Assembly (NCBI GenBank): GCA_965221425.1 | Contig: OZ244889.1 | Span: forward strand, 251,012-315,011 | Source of the DNA: Candidatus Poribacteria bacterium | Lineage (GTDB): Bacteria; Poribacteria; WGA-4E; WGA-3G | DNA length: 64,000 bases | Direction of reading: 5' to 3' | Shown here: piece by piece, positions 10,301-20,264 of the stretch | Layout: every line of letters begins with the position of its first letter | Numbering within the stretch: position 1 is the stretch's first letter | Notes under the pieces: model-generated | What the model saw: the letters and a program-made list of their open reading frames with translations, nothing else | The model's database searches: none | Told to the model about the DNA's origin: nothing | Translations under genes and position numbers: made by a program

Positions 10301-11368
10301 TTACGCCAACGTATCCTCCCTATCCGTCAACCACGCTAAATCAAACTTCGCAAACGACAACGTTTCATACGCGCCCCGTTCTCCGCGCTCATAGAGACAA
10401 CATACATTCATGTCTGAATCAACACAGAGATCAGAATAAGCAGCGGGACCTTCATGCAAGATTTTGCCATCGTTCCAACTGCGGCATTCATCGTAACTAA
10501 TACGCACCGTCAACTTTTCGCGTCCTGTGCTTGCAGGATTGGAGAACAGCACTCGGTTTTTATCGTGTGTATTTGCATCTGTATAACGGACTAAACTGGC
10601 TTGACAAATGGGTTCAATTAGGTCATCGTCGTAACCGAATTCGGTGAATGTATCGCCGCCGTCAGAACTCCAAGCATAAGCGCGCCGTTTCGGTGCTACA
10701 TAGTTTCTGCAGTTGAAATAGAGATCGCCGTTTACGGTTTCAACAACAACTGATTCATTTGTGCCGGGCTGCGCTTCACCGGCAATACGCCACGTTTCAC
10801 CATGGTCATCACTGACAATTAGATGTGAATACCCCATCTCGGCATAATTCCGGCTTTGTCCAAGCACATGATCGCACGGAATCACCAACCTGCCGCTTGC
10901 CAATTGAATGCCGTGACACGGGCCTGTAGCATACCATGTCCATGTGTCCAATTTTGTCCCTGATGTGATTTCTTTAGGGTCTGCCCAAGTTTCACCGTCG
11001 TCAGTGCTTGACGTTACCCAAACGGTACGCGGTGCTTCCCCTGCAATAATTTTGCCTTCTCCGCCATCGGCGAAGTTTTTGCAGAAAAGTAGCCAGATGG
11101 TACCTGTATCACGGTCAACCACTGGCGCAGGGTTACCATCCGTATCCGCTCCTGTGGAGACTGCAACTTGCATCGGTTGCCATGTGTCTCCATTATCAAA
11201 ACTTCGTTTCAGCACAATATCTATGTCACCAGAATCACCACCACCTTTTCGTCTGCCTTCACAGAACGCTAACAGCGTTCCCTCATTTGAAACAGCGAGT
11301 GCTGGAATACGAAACGTATTATATCCTTCATTTCCTGCTATAAAAAGCGGATTTTCAGTTTTGTACAT
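10301..11368 (-). CDS. Exo-alpha-sialidase (GH33), no signal peptide
   Basis: FRIP motif and multiple Asp-boxes (SFDNGDTW, STDDGETW, SDDHGETW, SSDGGDTF), AAYS. Confidence 0.9.
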   Translation of the reverse strand: MYKTENPLFIAGNEGYNTFRIPALAVSNEGTLLAFCEGRRKGGGDSGDIDIVLKRSFDNGDTWQPMQVAVSTGADTDGNPAPVVDRDTGTIWLLFCKNFADGGEGKIIAGEAPRTVWVTSSTDDGETWADPKEITSGTKLDTWTWYATGPCHGIQLASGRLVIPCDHVLGQSRNYAEMGYSHLIVSDDHGETWRIAGEAQPGTNESVVVETVNGDLYFNCRNYVAPKRRAYAWSSDGGDTFTEFGYDDDLIEPICQASLVRYTDANTHDKNRVLFSNPASTGREKLTVRISYDECRSWNDGKILHEGPAAYSDLCVDSDMNVCCLYERGERGAYETLSFAKFDLAWLTDREDTLA

Positions 11369-11397
11369 CTATAGACCTCAATTCAGTTGTATAAATA

Positions 11398-11496
11398 TGG
11401 TGAAAAATACAAATAATTATACACTTACCTTCCACGGTAGGCGAGGTTTCCTAACCTCGCTGGTGCAGAGTGCATAAAAAATTCTAAAATCTACTA
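11398..11496. mobile_element. Degenerate family A-type element with REP hairpin
   Basis: TGGTGAAAA...AAATCTACTA ends around GGTAGGCGAGGTTTCCTAACCTCGC. Confidence 0.5.
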
Positions 11497-11557
11497 TAAT
11501 ATCCGAGTAGTTCAACTAACAGAAGCGAATAAGGTGGACCATAGTCCACCCTATCGG

Positions 11558-12277
11558 TTATTTGACGGTTTTCAGTTGTCCCCAAGTTGTCGCCAATTTT
11601 CCAAGCGGTTCAACAGGTGCAGGATCATCAAGCACTAATTCACCCACCTCCTTTTGATGGTCAGAGATCCGAAGCCCATCAACGACACAATTCGTTGGAA
11701 ATTTTGGATCAGGCGGAGAGGCGTTGTTAATTTCGAAGGTTTCTGCAAAGACGGTAGGTCCCTTATTAAAACCTGCTTCACCTGCAAGTTTGCCATCTAA
11801 ATAGAGTTTCAAACCATCGGGCCCCCACGTTCCTGCCATGTGGTGATGTTCGCCCTTCTTCCAGTTGAGTGCTGCACTGGTTGCGTTATGCCATGAATTT
11901 GCGCTTTTAATCCGCATCTGTGCGACTCCACCATTGTTGAACTGTAGAAATACTGCGTCAGTGCCGCGTTTGTAAGTCATGAACATAAAAAGTTCGCCCG
12001 TGACAGTACTGGTATCCATTCCCATTGTCACCCATAATTCAACTGTGCCTTCATCAAGGTTGACAAAACGATCTTCTACGGGAAAGTGGATAACATCACC
12101 AACTTCTTCACTGACAAACCCGTTGCCAAATTTACCGGGGACAAAACTGCCTCCATCAACAGTGCCTCCCTCTTTTTCGACCTCTGCTTTGCTTTCCAGC
12201 GCAGAAAAGAACGTTTCTTTTGCTGTAGCAACAGAAAAACAGAACAATGTAATTGTTATAACACATAACGTTTTCAT
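11558..12277 (-). CDS. Secreted LamG-like jellyroll domain protein with C-terminal PVEPLGKLATTWGQLK tail
   Basis: Signal peptide from MKTLCV, GTVELW, HHHMAGTW, LYLDG; GGAG RBS. Confidence 0.85.
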   Translation of the reverse strand: MKTLCVITITLFCFSVATAKETFFSALESKAEVEKEGGTVDGGSFVPGKFGNGFVSEEVGDVIHFPVEDRFVNLDEGTVELWVTMGMDTSTVTGELFMFMTYKRGTDAVFLQFNNGGVAQMRIKSANSWHNATSAALNWKKGEHHHMAGTWGPDGLKLYLDGKLAGEAGFNKGPTVFAETFEINNASPPDPKFPTNCVVDGLRISDHQKEVGELVLDDPAPVEPLGKLATTWGQLKTVK

Positions 12278-12333
12278 GGAATATTCTCCTTTTAATATCA
12301 TGGAAGCCAATACTACTCCCAAATTTGAACTTA

Positions 12334-12570
12334 TACCATTTCTGATAATCTCTCTCTCTTTGTAGCACAAACTGTATGAAGATTAAAAAATAAATTGGGT
12401 AATTTTGCGAGGTTAGGAAACCTCGCCAGCAGAGATGTACACTTGCTGCTGGCAAGGTTTCCTAACCTTGCCAATTACCGAAATATTTATTTAAACTTCA
12501 TTTAGTTTGTGTCTTCCAACACCGCAATTCATGAAATTCAGTGATGAGAAATTATTTTTTAGAAATGGTA
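12334..12570. mobile_element. Family F element (TACCATTTCT TIR, TTA flanks) containing family D element (12376-12501)
   Basis: TACCATTTCT/AGAAATGGTA with TTA on both sides; ATGAAGATTAA...TTAAACTTCAT inserted in loop of GCACAAAC-TGTTA-GTTTGTG hairpin. Confidence 0.75.
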
Positions 12571-12689
12571 TTACATATTTAATCTATAAAACAATAGATG
12601 TCAACAATCTAATTTATTCACATTATACCAGTTTGCAGACTTTTAAAGTAGTTTCTCTTGCAATGTTAAAAAAAGAAATTTGAACGTGC

Positions 12690-13487
12690 TTATTTGGGTT
12701 TTGAACATATCGCATATACATAAGGCGATGTTAACTGTTGATTTGGTACACGGAGTGCTGCCAGAAAATTACCGACTACAATATCTGTTAGATTTACACA
12801 TTTGCATAATACTTCATGTCCCCATTTACCGATGACTGCACGCCACGGTGAATAATCAACTACGCTCAACTTTAACGGACCGCCTGTGTATCCAAATTCT
12901 ATGACATGAAATCCGGCATTTTGTAACAACTCTGCAAGTGTTGTTGGTGGAATCACTCTGTGTGTGGCAAGAAGTTTTGGACTCGCAATTCGGGCTATGG
13001 GTGTATACATGCCCCGTAGGTTTGGGGTTGTTGTGAGCATTGTCCCGCCGGGTTTGAGCAGGTTGGACATTTCTGCCAAAACTGCTTGCGGCGAGGTGAA
13101 ATGTTCAATCAACCCCATTGAATAGACAAAATCAAACTCGGCTGTATGCGTTTGTGTATAGGTAAAGATATCCTCACAGAGGATTGTGCCTTCTACGCCA
13201 GCAAGGGCGAGATTACGTTGTGCAAGTCGACACCCTAATTCCGAAAAATCTATTCCGTAGCATTCAGCTTCATAATTTTTTGCGAGATATGGCAACCACA
13301 GCGAATCGGCACATCCGAGCTCAATCAGTGTCGGGTGTTTGAAGTTTGCAAGGGTACGTTGAAACAACTTCGCAAGTTGACGGTTTGCCACATAAGCCCG
13401 TCTTAGGTGACGAACTTTATGTTGTTGTCCGTCCCAAAGTGCTGTCCAATAAGATTCATCGGTTAGTGGAGAAGCATTTGAGTTCAT
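12690..13487 (-). CDS. Class I SAM-dependent methyltransferase
   Basis: IELGCADS, YGIDFS, FDFVYSMGLIEHF, LKPGG. Confidence 0.88.
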   Translation of the reverse strand: MNSNASPLTDESYWTALWDGQQHKVRHLRRAYVANRQLAKLFQRTLANFKHPTLIELGCADSLWLPYLAKNYEAECYGIDFSELGCRLAQRNLALAGVEGTILCEDIFTYTQTHTAEFDFVYSMGLIEHFTSPQAVLAEMSNLLKPGGTMLTTTPNLRGMYTPIARIASPKLLATHRVIPPTTLAELLQNAGFHVIEFGYTGGPLKLSVVDYSPWRAVIGKWGHEVLCKCVNLTDIVVGNFLAALRVPNQQLTSPYVYAICSKPK

Positions 13488-13488
13488 T

Positions 13489-14979
13489 TTAACCTTCCTC
13501 GGGCAAAACGGCGTTGTGCTCAATAATAGGACAGAGATCGCACAGTTGGTCAGCACAGTAATTTTTGTAAAGTCGTATCATGCCTTGTTGAATTTTGGCA
13601 GTAGGACTAATTAAACGCATCGGTTGCGCTTCAGTAAAGATTTGTCTGTCTACCTGACGAATAATACTGTTTTCCTGCAATTTAGTATAGTCGCTGTAAA
13701 GTCTCAGAATAGCGTTCTGTAATTTCCTACTTTCTGATTCTACTGCCCAAATATACGCAACAGGCAGAATTTTGTTGACCATAATGTCTAAAGCCCTTGA
13801 TTCTCCGATTAGTTTTGCTTTTTGAGTTCTACCCTTCCCAAAGTTGGCGTGTGTTTCCCAATAACCGATAGGATCAAGCATCAGAAGGTTAAGAAGTTCA
13901 ATCCTGATAGTTCGTAACAGTTTAGGTGTATTTACAGTTGCTGCCTTTTCACATGTAGGCAGGAAGTACATCATCAGGCTTCCTCGGCAGTGATAGATTA
14001 ACTGGCTCATTGCTGCAATACGTCGTGTAGGATAGTTATACGGACGGATTTTACCAAACCGCCATTGTGATACGTTCATGCGGTCTGGACACTCAGCGTG
14101 TGCCGAAGCTTCCCATAGTGTCTCTAATGCCACAATGAATGGATCGTTTGTGTCGTTACCAGGCAATGGTTTTTCTGATTGCGATGGCAACAGACCTGCC
14201 ATACCAAATAGGATAGCTTGAATTTCGTGTTCGGACTTATGATCGAAATCAGAAAAAGGCACGCGTTGTGCCAACTCGCGTAAGGGTTTACTGTTTTGTG
14301 AGTATCCCAACGCTTCCATAACCCCTTCATAGAGAATTTGCTCAAAATTAAGCCGTGTTCTTAAAAGGCGTACAGCATCCGCTTTTTCTAAAAAACGTTC
14401 CGTCCCCAACGATTCAAAAGTATTTTTGAGGTTTTCTATGTTTAATCGGTTTCCTGATACTCGGCAAAAATTAGTTGCGTCAGCTTCTGTCTGAACCGTT
14501 TCGTCAAATAGGTCTCCGATGGGAGCGTCAATCCATTTGAGAAGTTCCAATGTTGGAATTCGTCTGCCGTTCTGTAGTCGTGTCCGGAGATTGAAGTCGT
14601 CATTAAAGAAAACCACGTGGAGAACGACACGGTTATATCTTGAGTTCAGATGATGTTTATGTGCGTACCATTCCGAAGATTTGACATGGATTTCGACATC
14701 ACCGACCTGCAATTTGCCATTAATTTCAAGCTCAGCATGCATAAAATCGGGGCCTTCTTCACGGTTCAAGACACCGAGTTTTAACACGCGAATTTCTCTG
14801 CCATCAATTGATATCAGATTCGCGTTGAAGAAACGTTGCCCATTCCATAATTTTTGCACAAAATCTTCTTCAACTTTATCAAAATCTGGTTCGTAAACCT
14901 GATCGACTTCCCTGAATTCTTTTGACAGTAATTCACTTTTAGGATCGTCAGATTCATGAGTTTGACTGTATTCACTCAT
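13489..14979 (-). CDS. DUF2851 family protein
   Basis: EGPDF, GDVEIH, W..H.H, LHVV, RPYNYPTRRIA, C-terminal C...C..C. Confidence 0.82.
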   Translation of the reverse strand: MSEYSQTHESDDPKSELLSKEFREVDQVYEPDFDKVEEDFVQKLWNGQRFFNANLISIDGREIRVLKLGVLNREEGPDFMHAELEINGKLQVGDVEIHVKSSEWYAHKHHLNSRYNRVVLHVVFFNDDFNLRTRLQNGRRIPTLELLKWIDAPIGDLFDETVQTEADATNFCRVSGNRLNIENLKNTFESLGTERFLEKADAVRLLRTRLNFEQILYEGVMEALGYSQNSKPLRELAQRVPFSDFDHKSEHEIQAILFGMAGLLPSQSEKPLPGNDTNDPFIVALETLWEASAHAECPDRMNVSQWRFGKIRPYNYPTRRIAAMSQLIYHCRGSLMMYFLPTCEKAATVNTPKLLRTIRIELLNLLMLDPIGYWETHANFGKGRTQKAKLIGESRALDIMVNKILPVAYIWAVESESRKLQNAILRLYSDYTKLQENSIIRQVDRQIFTEAQPMRLISPTAKIQQGMIRLYKNYCADQLCDLCPIIEHNAVLPEEG

Positions 14980-15005
14980 ATCCTGTCTATTCCATGAACA
15001 GCTTT

Positions 15006-15641
15006 TTATGCCTGTTTTGCCTGCTGAATTTCTTGCATAAGATTTTGTGTCGCTGTGAGCGGGTCTGGCTGTGCACACACAGCAGAAATAACAGCGATTC
15101 CGTGCGCACCTGCTCTGATTACCGCTGCCGTGGTTTGCAACGTGATTCCGCCAATAGCAATCACCGGACACTTCGCGATTTCACACATTCGACGTAACCG
15201 TTCTAACCCTTTAGGTGTTTCCGCGTCCGGTTTTGAAGAAGTCTGATAGATGGGGCCAAACCCGATATAGTCTGCACCTTCTGAAATAGCCTCAAGTATT
15301 TTCTCTTCAGTTCGTGCCGATGCGCCGATAATGGTTTTTGAAGAAAGGATTCCCTTCCCGATAACGACAGGCATATCATCTTGCCCAAAATGTGTTCCCG
15401 CAGCGTCAACAGCCAACGCAATATCTGCTCTGTCATTTACAATCAACGGCACCTCGTGCTGCGCGCATACTATCTGCATCTGCCTTGCTATTTCTACCAG
15501 TTCGCGTGTCGTTCCGTTTTTATGTCGGAATTGGATGGTATCTGCACCACCCTGAATCGCAAGTTCTGCCAATTGCGGATGTGTAAATCGAGACTGCAAC
15601 GTTGTATCTGTAATGACGTGGAGAACTCCGATGTTTTTCAT
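15006..15641 (-). CDS. thiE: Thiamine-phosphate synthase
   Basis: IQFRHK, IVNDRAD, HFGQDD, GPIYQTSSKPD, AIGGI. Confidence 0.93.
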   Translation of the reverse strand: MKNIGVLHVITDTTLQSRFTHPQLAELAIQGGADTIQFRHKNGTTRELVEIARQMQIVCAQHEVPLIVNDRADIALAVDAAGTHFGQDDMPVVIGKGILSSKTIIGASARTEEKILEAISEGADYIGFGPIYQTSSKPDAETPKGLERLRRMCEIAKCPVIAIGGITLQTTAAVIRAGAHGIAVISAVCAQPDPLTATQNLMQEIQQAKQA

Positions 15642-15753
15642 GTTGGCATTCTGTTGAAAATGTGGTAAGTTAATTGGAACGTCATATCTTGAGCAACGAC
15701 GTAAATAAAATCAAAATGTCCATTATTAGTATATCACATAAAGGAGATAGTTT

Positions 15754-16389
15754 GTGAATAATTTATTATTTCAATCTGGAGATAAGGTGCTTTTCATCGG
15801 AGATAGTATTACGGATTGTGGCAGGAGGGGCGATCACGCTCCTTTAGGGCATGGGTATGTCCGCAAAATAACTGAACTGATTACCGCGAAGTACCCTGAA
15901 CGCGATATTGCTTACGTCAACAAAGGTATTGGTGGGGATATTGTTGAGGGGTTAGAAAACCGTTGGGATACCGATGTCATTGATGAAAAACCGGATTGGC
16001 TTTCAGTGAAAATTGGTATCAACAATGCGAGTCGTCAGCTTGGAGAAGGCATCTCAAATGAAGTCTATCTACCAGATTGGGAAGCGTGCTATCGGAGAAT
16101 CCTCACACGTGTAAAAAATGAGTTGGATGCGCCGCTTTTCCTGTTTGAGATTTTTTATATTGAAGAGGATGTTGAAAATCCGCGTCCATTAGCAGTAGAT
16201 GCTTATAACGCAAGTATCCATAAACTTGCTGACGAGTTTGATGCGCGATTAATTCAGACGAATGATGCGTTTGATAATGCAGTTGCCGCGAGACCGGGTG
16301 CGTTGTGGACAACACAAGATGGCGTGCATCCCAATGCAGAAGGGCATACTTTAATGGCGTTGGAATTCTTGAAACAGGCGGGTTGGTAG
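15754..16389 (+). CDS. SGNH/GDSL hydrolase
   Basis: FIGDSITD, NKGIGG, IGINN, DGVHP. Confidence 0.92.
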   Translation: MNNLLFQSGDKVLFIGDSITDCGRRGDHAPLGHGYVRKITELITAKYPERDIAYVNKGIGGDIVEGLENRWDTDVIDEKPDWLSVKIGINNASRQLGEGISNEVYLPDWEACYRRILTRVKNELDAPLFLFEIFYIEEDVENPRPLAVDAYNASIHKLADEFDARLIQTNDAFDNAVAARPGALWTTQDGVHPNAEGHTLMALEFLKQAGW

Positions 16390-16425
16390 TTCGTCGGACC
16401 ACTCACACGCTAACAGGGTTATTTA

Positions 16426-16577
16426 TAGTAAAACCTATAATTAATGGGACACTTCTGTAGCATAAACTTTTAGTTTGTGCAGATGCGGACACAAACTAAA
16501 AGTTTGTGCTACAAAACCCCCGGTAGGTTCGGTTTCCTAACCTCGCCAAAGGACCCAATTTATTTTCTAATCTTCAT
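16426..16577. mobile_element. Chimeric element: family A left end, paired REP hairpins, family D right end
   Basis: TAGTAAAACCTATAATTAATGGGACAC start; ends TAATCTTCAT; hybrid hairpin GGTTCGGTTTCCTAACCTCGCC. Confidence 0.6.
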
Positions 16578-16729
16578 CTGGATCGAAAGTTTGAACACTT
16601 TAAATATGATGCAACCTATCAATATTCAATAGATAACAACTTGAGTTGTATAAAAAATCATTTTATGCAACCTTTTTATCTTCGGTACGCGTTATTAACT
16701 TACAAAGACATTTTATTCTGAGGAGACAC

Positions 16730-19700
16730 ATGATGACAAATGATTTTGTACTAATCCAGCGCACCTTAGATGGTGACCAAAAAGCGTTTACCGAACTCGT
16801 AAACAAATACCAGAAATGGGTACACTCCCTTGTATGGCGAAAGATTGGTGATTTTCACATTGCAGAAGAGATTACACAGGATATCTTCCTAAAAGCTTAT
16901 AAAAAGTTATCTACCCTGAAACCTCCGCAACATTTTCCAGGGTGGTTATATGTCATCGCCTCGCGACACTGTATTGCCTGGCACCGAAAAAAGCAGCAAT
17001 CAACTAAATCTCTGGACGCTATGCCGACTGCGGAACTTGAGGAATTGTGCTATACGCGTTATGAGGTAGAACAGGGAAAAACAGTCTCAATTGAGCGCCA
17101 GCGTGAAATTGTCAAACGTCTTCTTCAGAAACTCCCAGAGAGCGAGCGTACCGTCGTAACGCTGCACTATTTAGCAGAGATGTCTTGCGAAGAAATTAGT
17201 CAATTCTTGGGCGTTTCGCAGAACACCGTTAAAAGTCGGCTCCACCGCGCCCGCAAGCGATTAGAGAAACAAGAACACCTACTCCATGATGCCTCAGGTG
17301 CCTTTCAATTGCCACCAACCCTTACCGACAACATCATGCGTGAAATTGCACGCATTAAATCGACGCCTACTACCGTAAACAAGCCTTGGATGCCGTGGGG
17401 ACTCTCATTCGCATCGGCATTTTTGGTTATCTTAATGATGGGGATGGGGCCTCGTGCGCTATCGCGTTTCCAAAAACCCTACAGTTTAGGTGTGGCACCG
17501 GAGATGAAAATAGAATTGGTTGACACACCTATTGTCCTTGAATTGGAACGCAAATCCGACGCGCTGACCCAAATTGGGAGATTGGATAGAATTGGTAGAA
17601 ACGGTGAAACTGAATTCCAAGCGGAATCACTGCTTTTCGCAGCTGCGCAAGCAGAAGATACCGACCTTCCAGCAGCAAAACCCGAATGGATTCAGACAAA
17701 GGGACCGGCAGGTGTTGGTGGTTCAGGCGCAAAACTTTTTCTTACGTCCGACCAAACTCTCTACGCGATTACAAAAACAGAGCTTTATAAACTCACAGAG
17801 AAAGCAGACATGTGGACACTTGTCAGTTCCAGTGATCCGAATCAGGTATTTGATGGAGTGATGGCGGAACGCGATGACACCCTTTACCTCCTTACTTCCA
17901 ATGAAATCTTAGCCTCAATTGATGACGGTAAGACATGGGATAACCTTGGCAGACGCCCCGAAGGCACTGCCGTTGCATTGGTTCCCACGGATACGGCGAT
18001 GTACCTCGTTCTCAAAACAGATGTCTTTCGTCTTCGTTTTGAGAATGTGGGTCATGCGTGGGAACTTATAGGAGATTCCTTGCGTGCCTTACAAGGCGAC
18101 GACGTCCCGGAGGCTGTCAATCCCAAAACCCGTCCTAATCGTGATGCTGCAGACAATCCCAATTTTCGTCCCAGAACCGGCCCTTTGGATGTACTCGCCA
18201 TGAGCAACATGGCTTTCCGCATTTGGGACGCACTTGCCATTGACAACACACTGTTTATTGGAACAAGCAAGGGGCTTTTCCGATTTACCGATGACTGGGA
18301 AAAACTACCGGTGCCCACAACACAAGGGATCAAATCGTTGGCAGCCGCAGAAGATAGGCTTTATGCAGGCACAATCATTGGACATCGGATCCCTATGGCC
18401 GGGCAGGTACCTATGGAGATAGGACCCCCTCGCGGGGGCGTATTCTCTTCCACTGACCTTGGCGATACCTGGACCGATATTACGCCAAAGACCCGCAGAC
18501 ATTCAATAGGCACTGTTGAAGTTGTTACAGTCGGAGACACGCTGATATTGTCTGGTCTCGGTTTACGCTCTCAAGACGGTGGTGAAACATGGATGGCTCC
18601 TGAAGAGGAAAGAAGGGCATTTAGCGTCTCACCTACTGTCGCTTTAGATAAAAGCAAATTATACCGCACCGACGTCATTGGAATAAGTCGTTCAACTGAT
18701 GGCGGTGATTCGTGGCATCCATTTATGACCGGAATAGTCAATTCCCACGTTCGAAAGCTGATTAAAATCAAAGATGTTCTCCTCGCGCAAACACCTACAG
18801 AAATGCTTAAATCCACAGATGGCGGAGAGTCATGGGAATCTGTTGACTTAATTAGTACTAACAAAAAAACACCACTTTTTCTTCAAAAAACGCGAATGAA
18901 AGTAGCAGCAGCCAATGGCGTACTTTATGCAACCAATAGTCAACCTGATGGTATCACACTCTTACGCCTCTCTGATGACGGTGATGTGTTCCTACCCGTT
19001 GAAGGTGTTCCAGATTTTGCAATAGACACCTTACAAACGGAATTGGAAAAAAAGTTAAAGATCGAATCTGATAAAGCAAAAGAACAGTTTAAGAAGGAAT
19101 GGGAGAAAAAGCGTGAGGAGCTAATAAAAGACAATCCTAACGTTGACATTGACAAAGAGATGAAACAGTTTAGGGCTGAACAGATGAAAATGCGTAAGAC
19201 AGCATCGGGGGGAAATATTATGACGGTAGGGAACAATCCTGATCTTGAGAAAGCAATGGAGCAGCGGTTTGCTATTGCTACACAAAACAAAATCGCTGAA
19301 GAACAGAGGAAGAATGGTACGTTTACAGTTGCTGACGATACCGTCTTCATGGTATACAGGCATAAACTGTTCAGATGGAGGTACGGCGAAACGGCGTGGC
19401 ACGACACAGGTTTGGATTTAGAAGATCAAGAAGGCTTCACGCTTGCTGCTTCTGGGAACACCTTCTATGTCGGTAAACAGGAGGGAGAGCTTTTCTTATC
19501 ACAAGATGGTGGAGACACTTGGCGTGATGTCACTGCAAACCTGCCATTTCATGGATTTATTAAGGAAATACTGTTCGCGGGTTCCACTGTCTATATTTCA
19601 ACAGATATAGGTATCATGAGTTCACGCGATGGCGAAAAATGGCAAACATGGCACGACCTCACCGATGTTGATGGGAATGTAATTTTCATTGACCGAATTG

Positions 19701-19891
19701 CAGTTGATGGCGAAACTGCTTACGGTGTATGTGATAGCGGTATCTATCAAGCAGATAAGCAGACAAACACATGGAAACAGATTATCCCAAAATTGCCATA
19801 CACGGCAACCTCCTTTGCCATTGATGGTAATACGTTTTACATCGGTACAAGGCAGAACGGGGTGTTCCGCTTCCAGCGCGCGAATCGGTAG
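16730..19891 (+). CDS. ECF sigma-70 factor fused via a TM helix to a large BNR/beta-propeller domain
   Basis: AEEITQDIFLKAY, FPGWLY, MSCEEISQFLG...TVKSRLHRAR; TM near residue 225; repeated S.DGG..W motifs; AGGAG RBS. Confidence 0.88.
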   Translation: MMTNDFVLIQRTLDGDQKAFTELVNKYQKWVHSLVWRKIGDFHIAEEITQDIFLKAYKKLSTLKPPQHFPGWLYVIASRHCIAWHRKKQQSTKSLDAMPTAELEELCYTRYEVEQGKTVSIERQREIVKRLLQKLPESERTVVTLHYLAEMSCEEISQFLGVSQNTVKSRLHRARKRLEKQEHLLHDASGAFQLPPTLTDNIMREIARIKSTPTTVNKPWMPWGLSFASAFLVILMMGMGPRALSRFQKPYSLGVAPEMKIELVDTPIVLELERKSDALTQIGRLDRIGRNGETEFQAESLLFAAAQAEDTDLPAAKPEWIQTKGPAGVGGSGAKLFLTSDQTLYAITKTELYKLTEKADMWTLVSSSDPNQVFDGVMAERDDTLYLLTSNEILASIDDGKTWDNLGRRPEGTAVALVPTDTAMYLVLKTDVFRLRFENVGHAWELIGDSLRALQGDDVPEAVNPKTRPNRDAADNPNFRPRTGPLDVLAMSNMAFRIWDALAIDNTLFIGTSKGLFRFTDDWEKLPVPTTQGIKSLAAAEDRLYAGTIIGHRIPMAGQVPMEIGPPRGGVFSSTDLGDTWTDITPKTRRHSIGTVEVVTVGDTLILSGLGLRSQDGGETWMAPEEERRAFSVSPTVALDKSKLYRTDVIGISRSTDGGDSWHPFMTGIVNSHVRKLIKIKDVLLAQTPTEMLKSTDGGESWESVDLISTNKKTPLFLQKTRMKVAAANGVLYATNSQPDGITLLRLSDDGDVFLPVEGVPDFAIDTLQTELEKKLKIESDKAKEQFKKEWEKKREELIKDNPNVDIDKEMKQFRAEQMKMRKTASGGNIMTVGNNPDLEKAMEQRFAIATQNKIAEEQRKNGTFTVADDTVFMVYRHKLFRWRYGETAWHDTGLDLEDQEGFTLAASGNTFYVGKQEGELFLSQDGGDTWRDVTANLPFHGFIKEILFAGSTVYISTDIGIMSSRDGEKWQTWHDLTDVDGNVIFIDRIAVDGETAYGVCDSGIYQADKQTNTWKQIIPKLPYTATSFAIDGNTFYIGTRQNGVFRFQRANR

Positions 19892-19922
19892 TCTTATCCA
19901 CTTTTCCGAATTGTTTCAGCAA

Positions 19923-20264
19923 TAGTAGAGACTATAATTAATGGGGCACTTCTGTAGCGCAAACTGTCCGAAAATTAATTTATTTATTCGGTAATTTTCG
20001 GTCCGCACGGAGCATGGATACCTTACTGCTGGCGAGGTTTCCGAACCTCGCCACATTTTTATTTTCTTATAGTAAAATCCACAATCACCTTTACGCTGGC
20101 AAGGTTAGGAAACCTTGCCAGCGAGAGCGTGTGTAGGAATTGTTGTTGATTGGAATGTGAACATATTTTCGGATTTTACTATAATGGGACACTACAACTT
20201 CTACTGTCCATCATGTTTCCATAACAGATAGATCGAAGTGTCCCAATAATTTCAAAGTTCACTC
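19923..20264. mobile_element. Family A element with nested A-type element (20070-20181) and another insert in the REP loop
   Basis: Right part is the reverse complement of 2304-2375; TAGTAAAATCC/GGATTTTACTA nested pair. Confidence 0.7.

Noticed and set aside
12278-12370. Longer N-terminal extensions from the ORF track (also 706, 15171, 16646, 36653, 49181)
   Set aside because: The extensions run into repeats or neighbouring genes; downstream ATGs have better RBS or domain boundaries.
15642-15753. TPP riboswitch upstream of thiE
   Set aside because: No recognisable conserved TPP core with proper spacing in this short divergent intergenic region.
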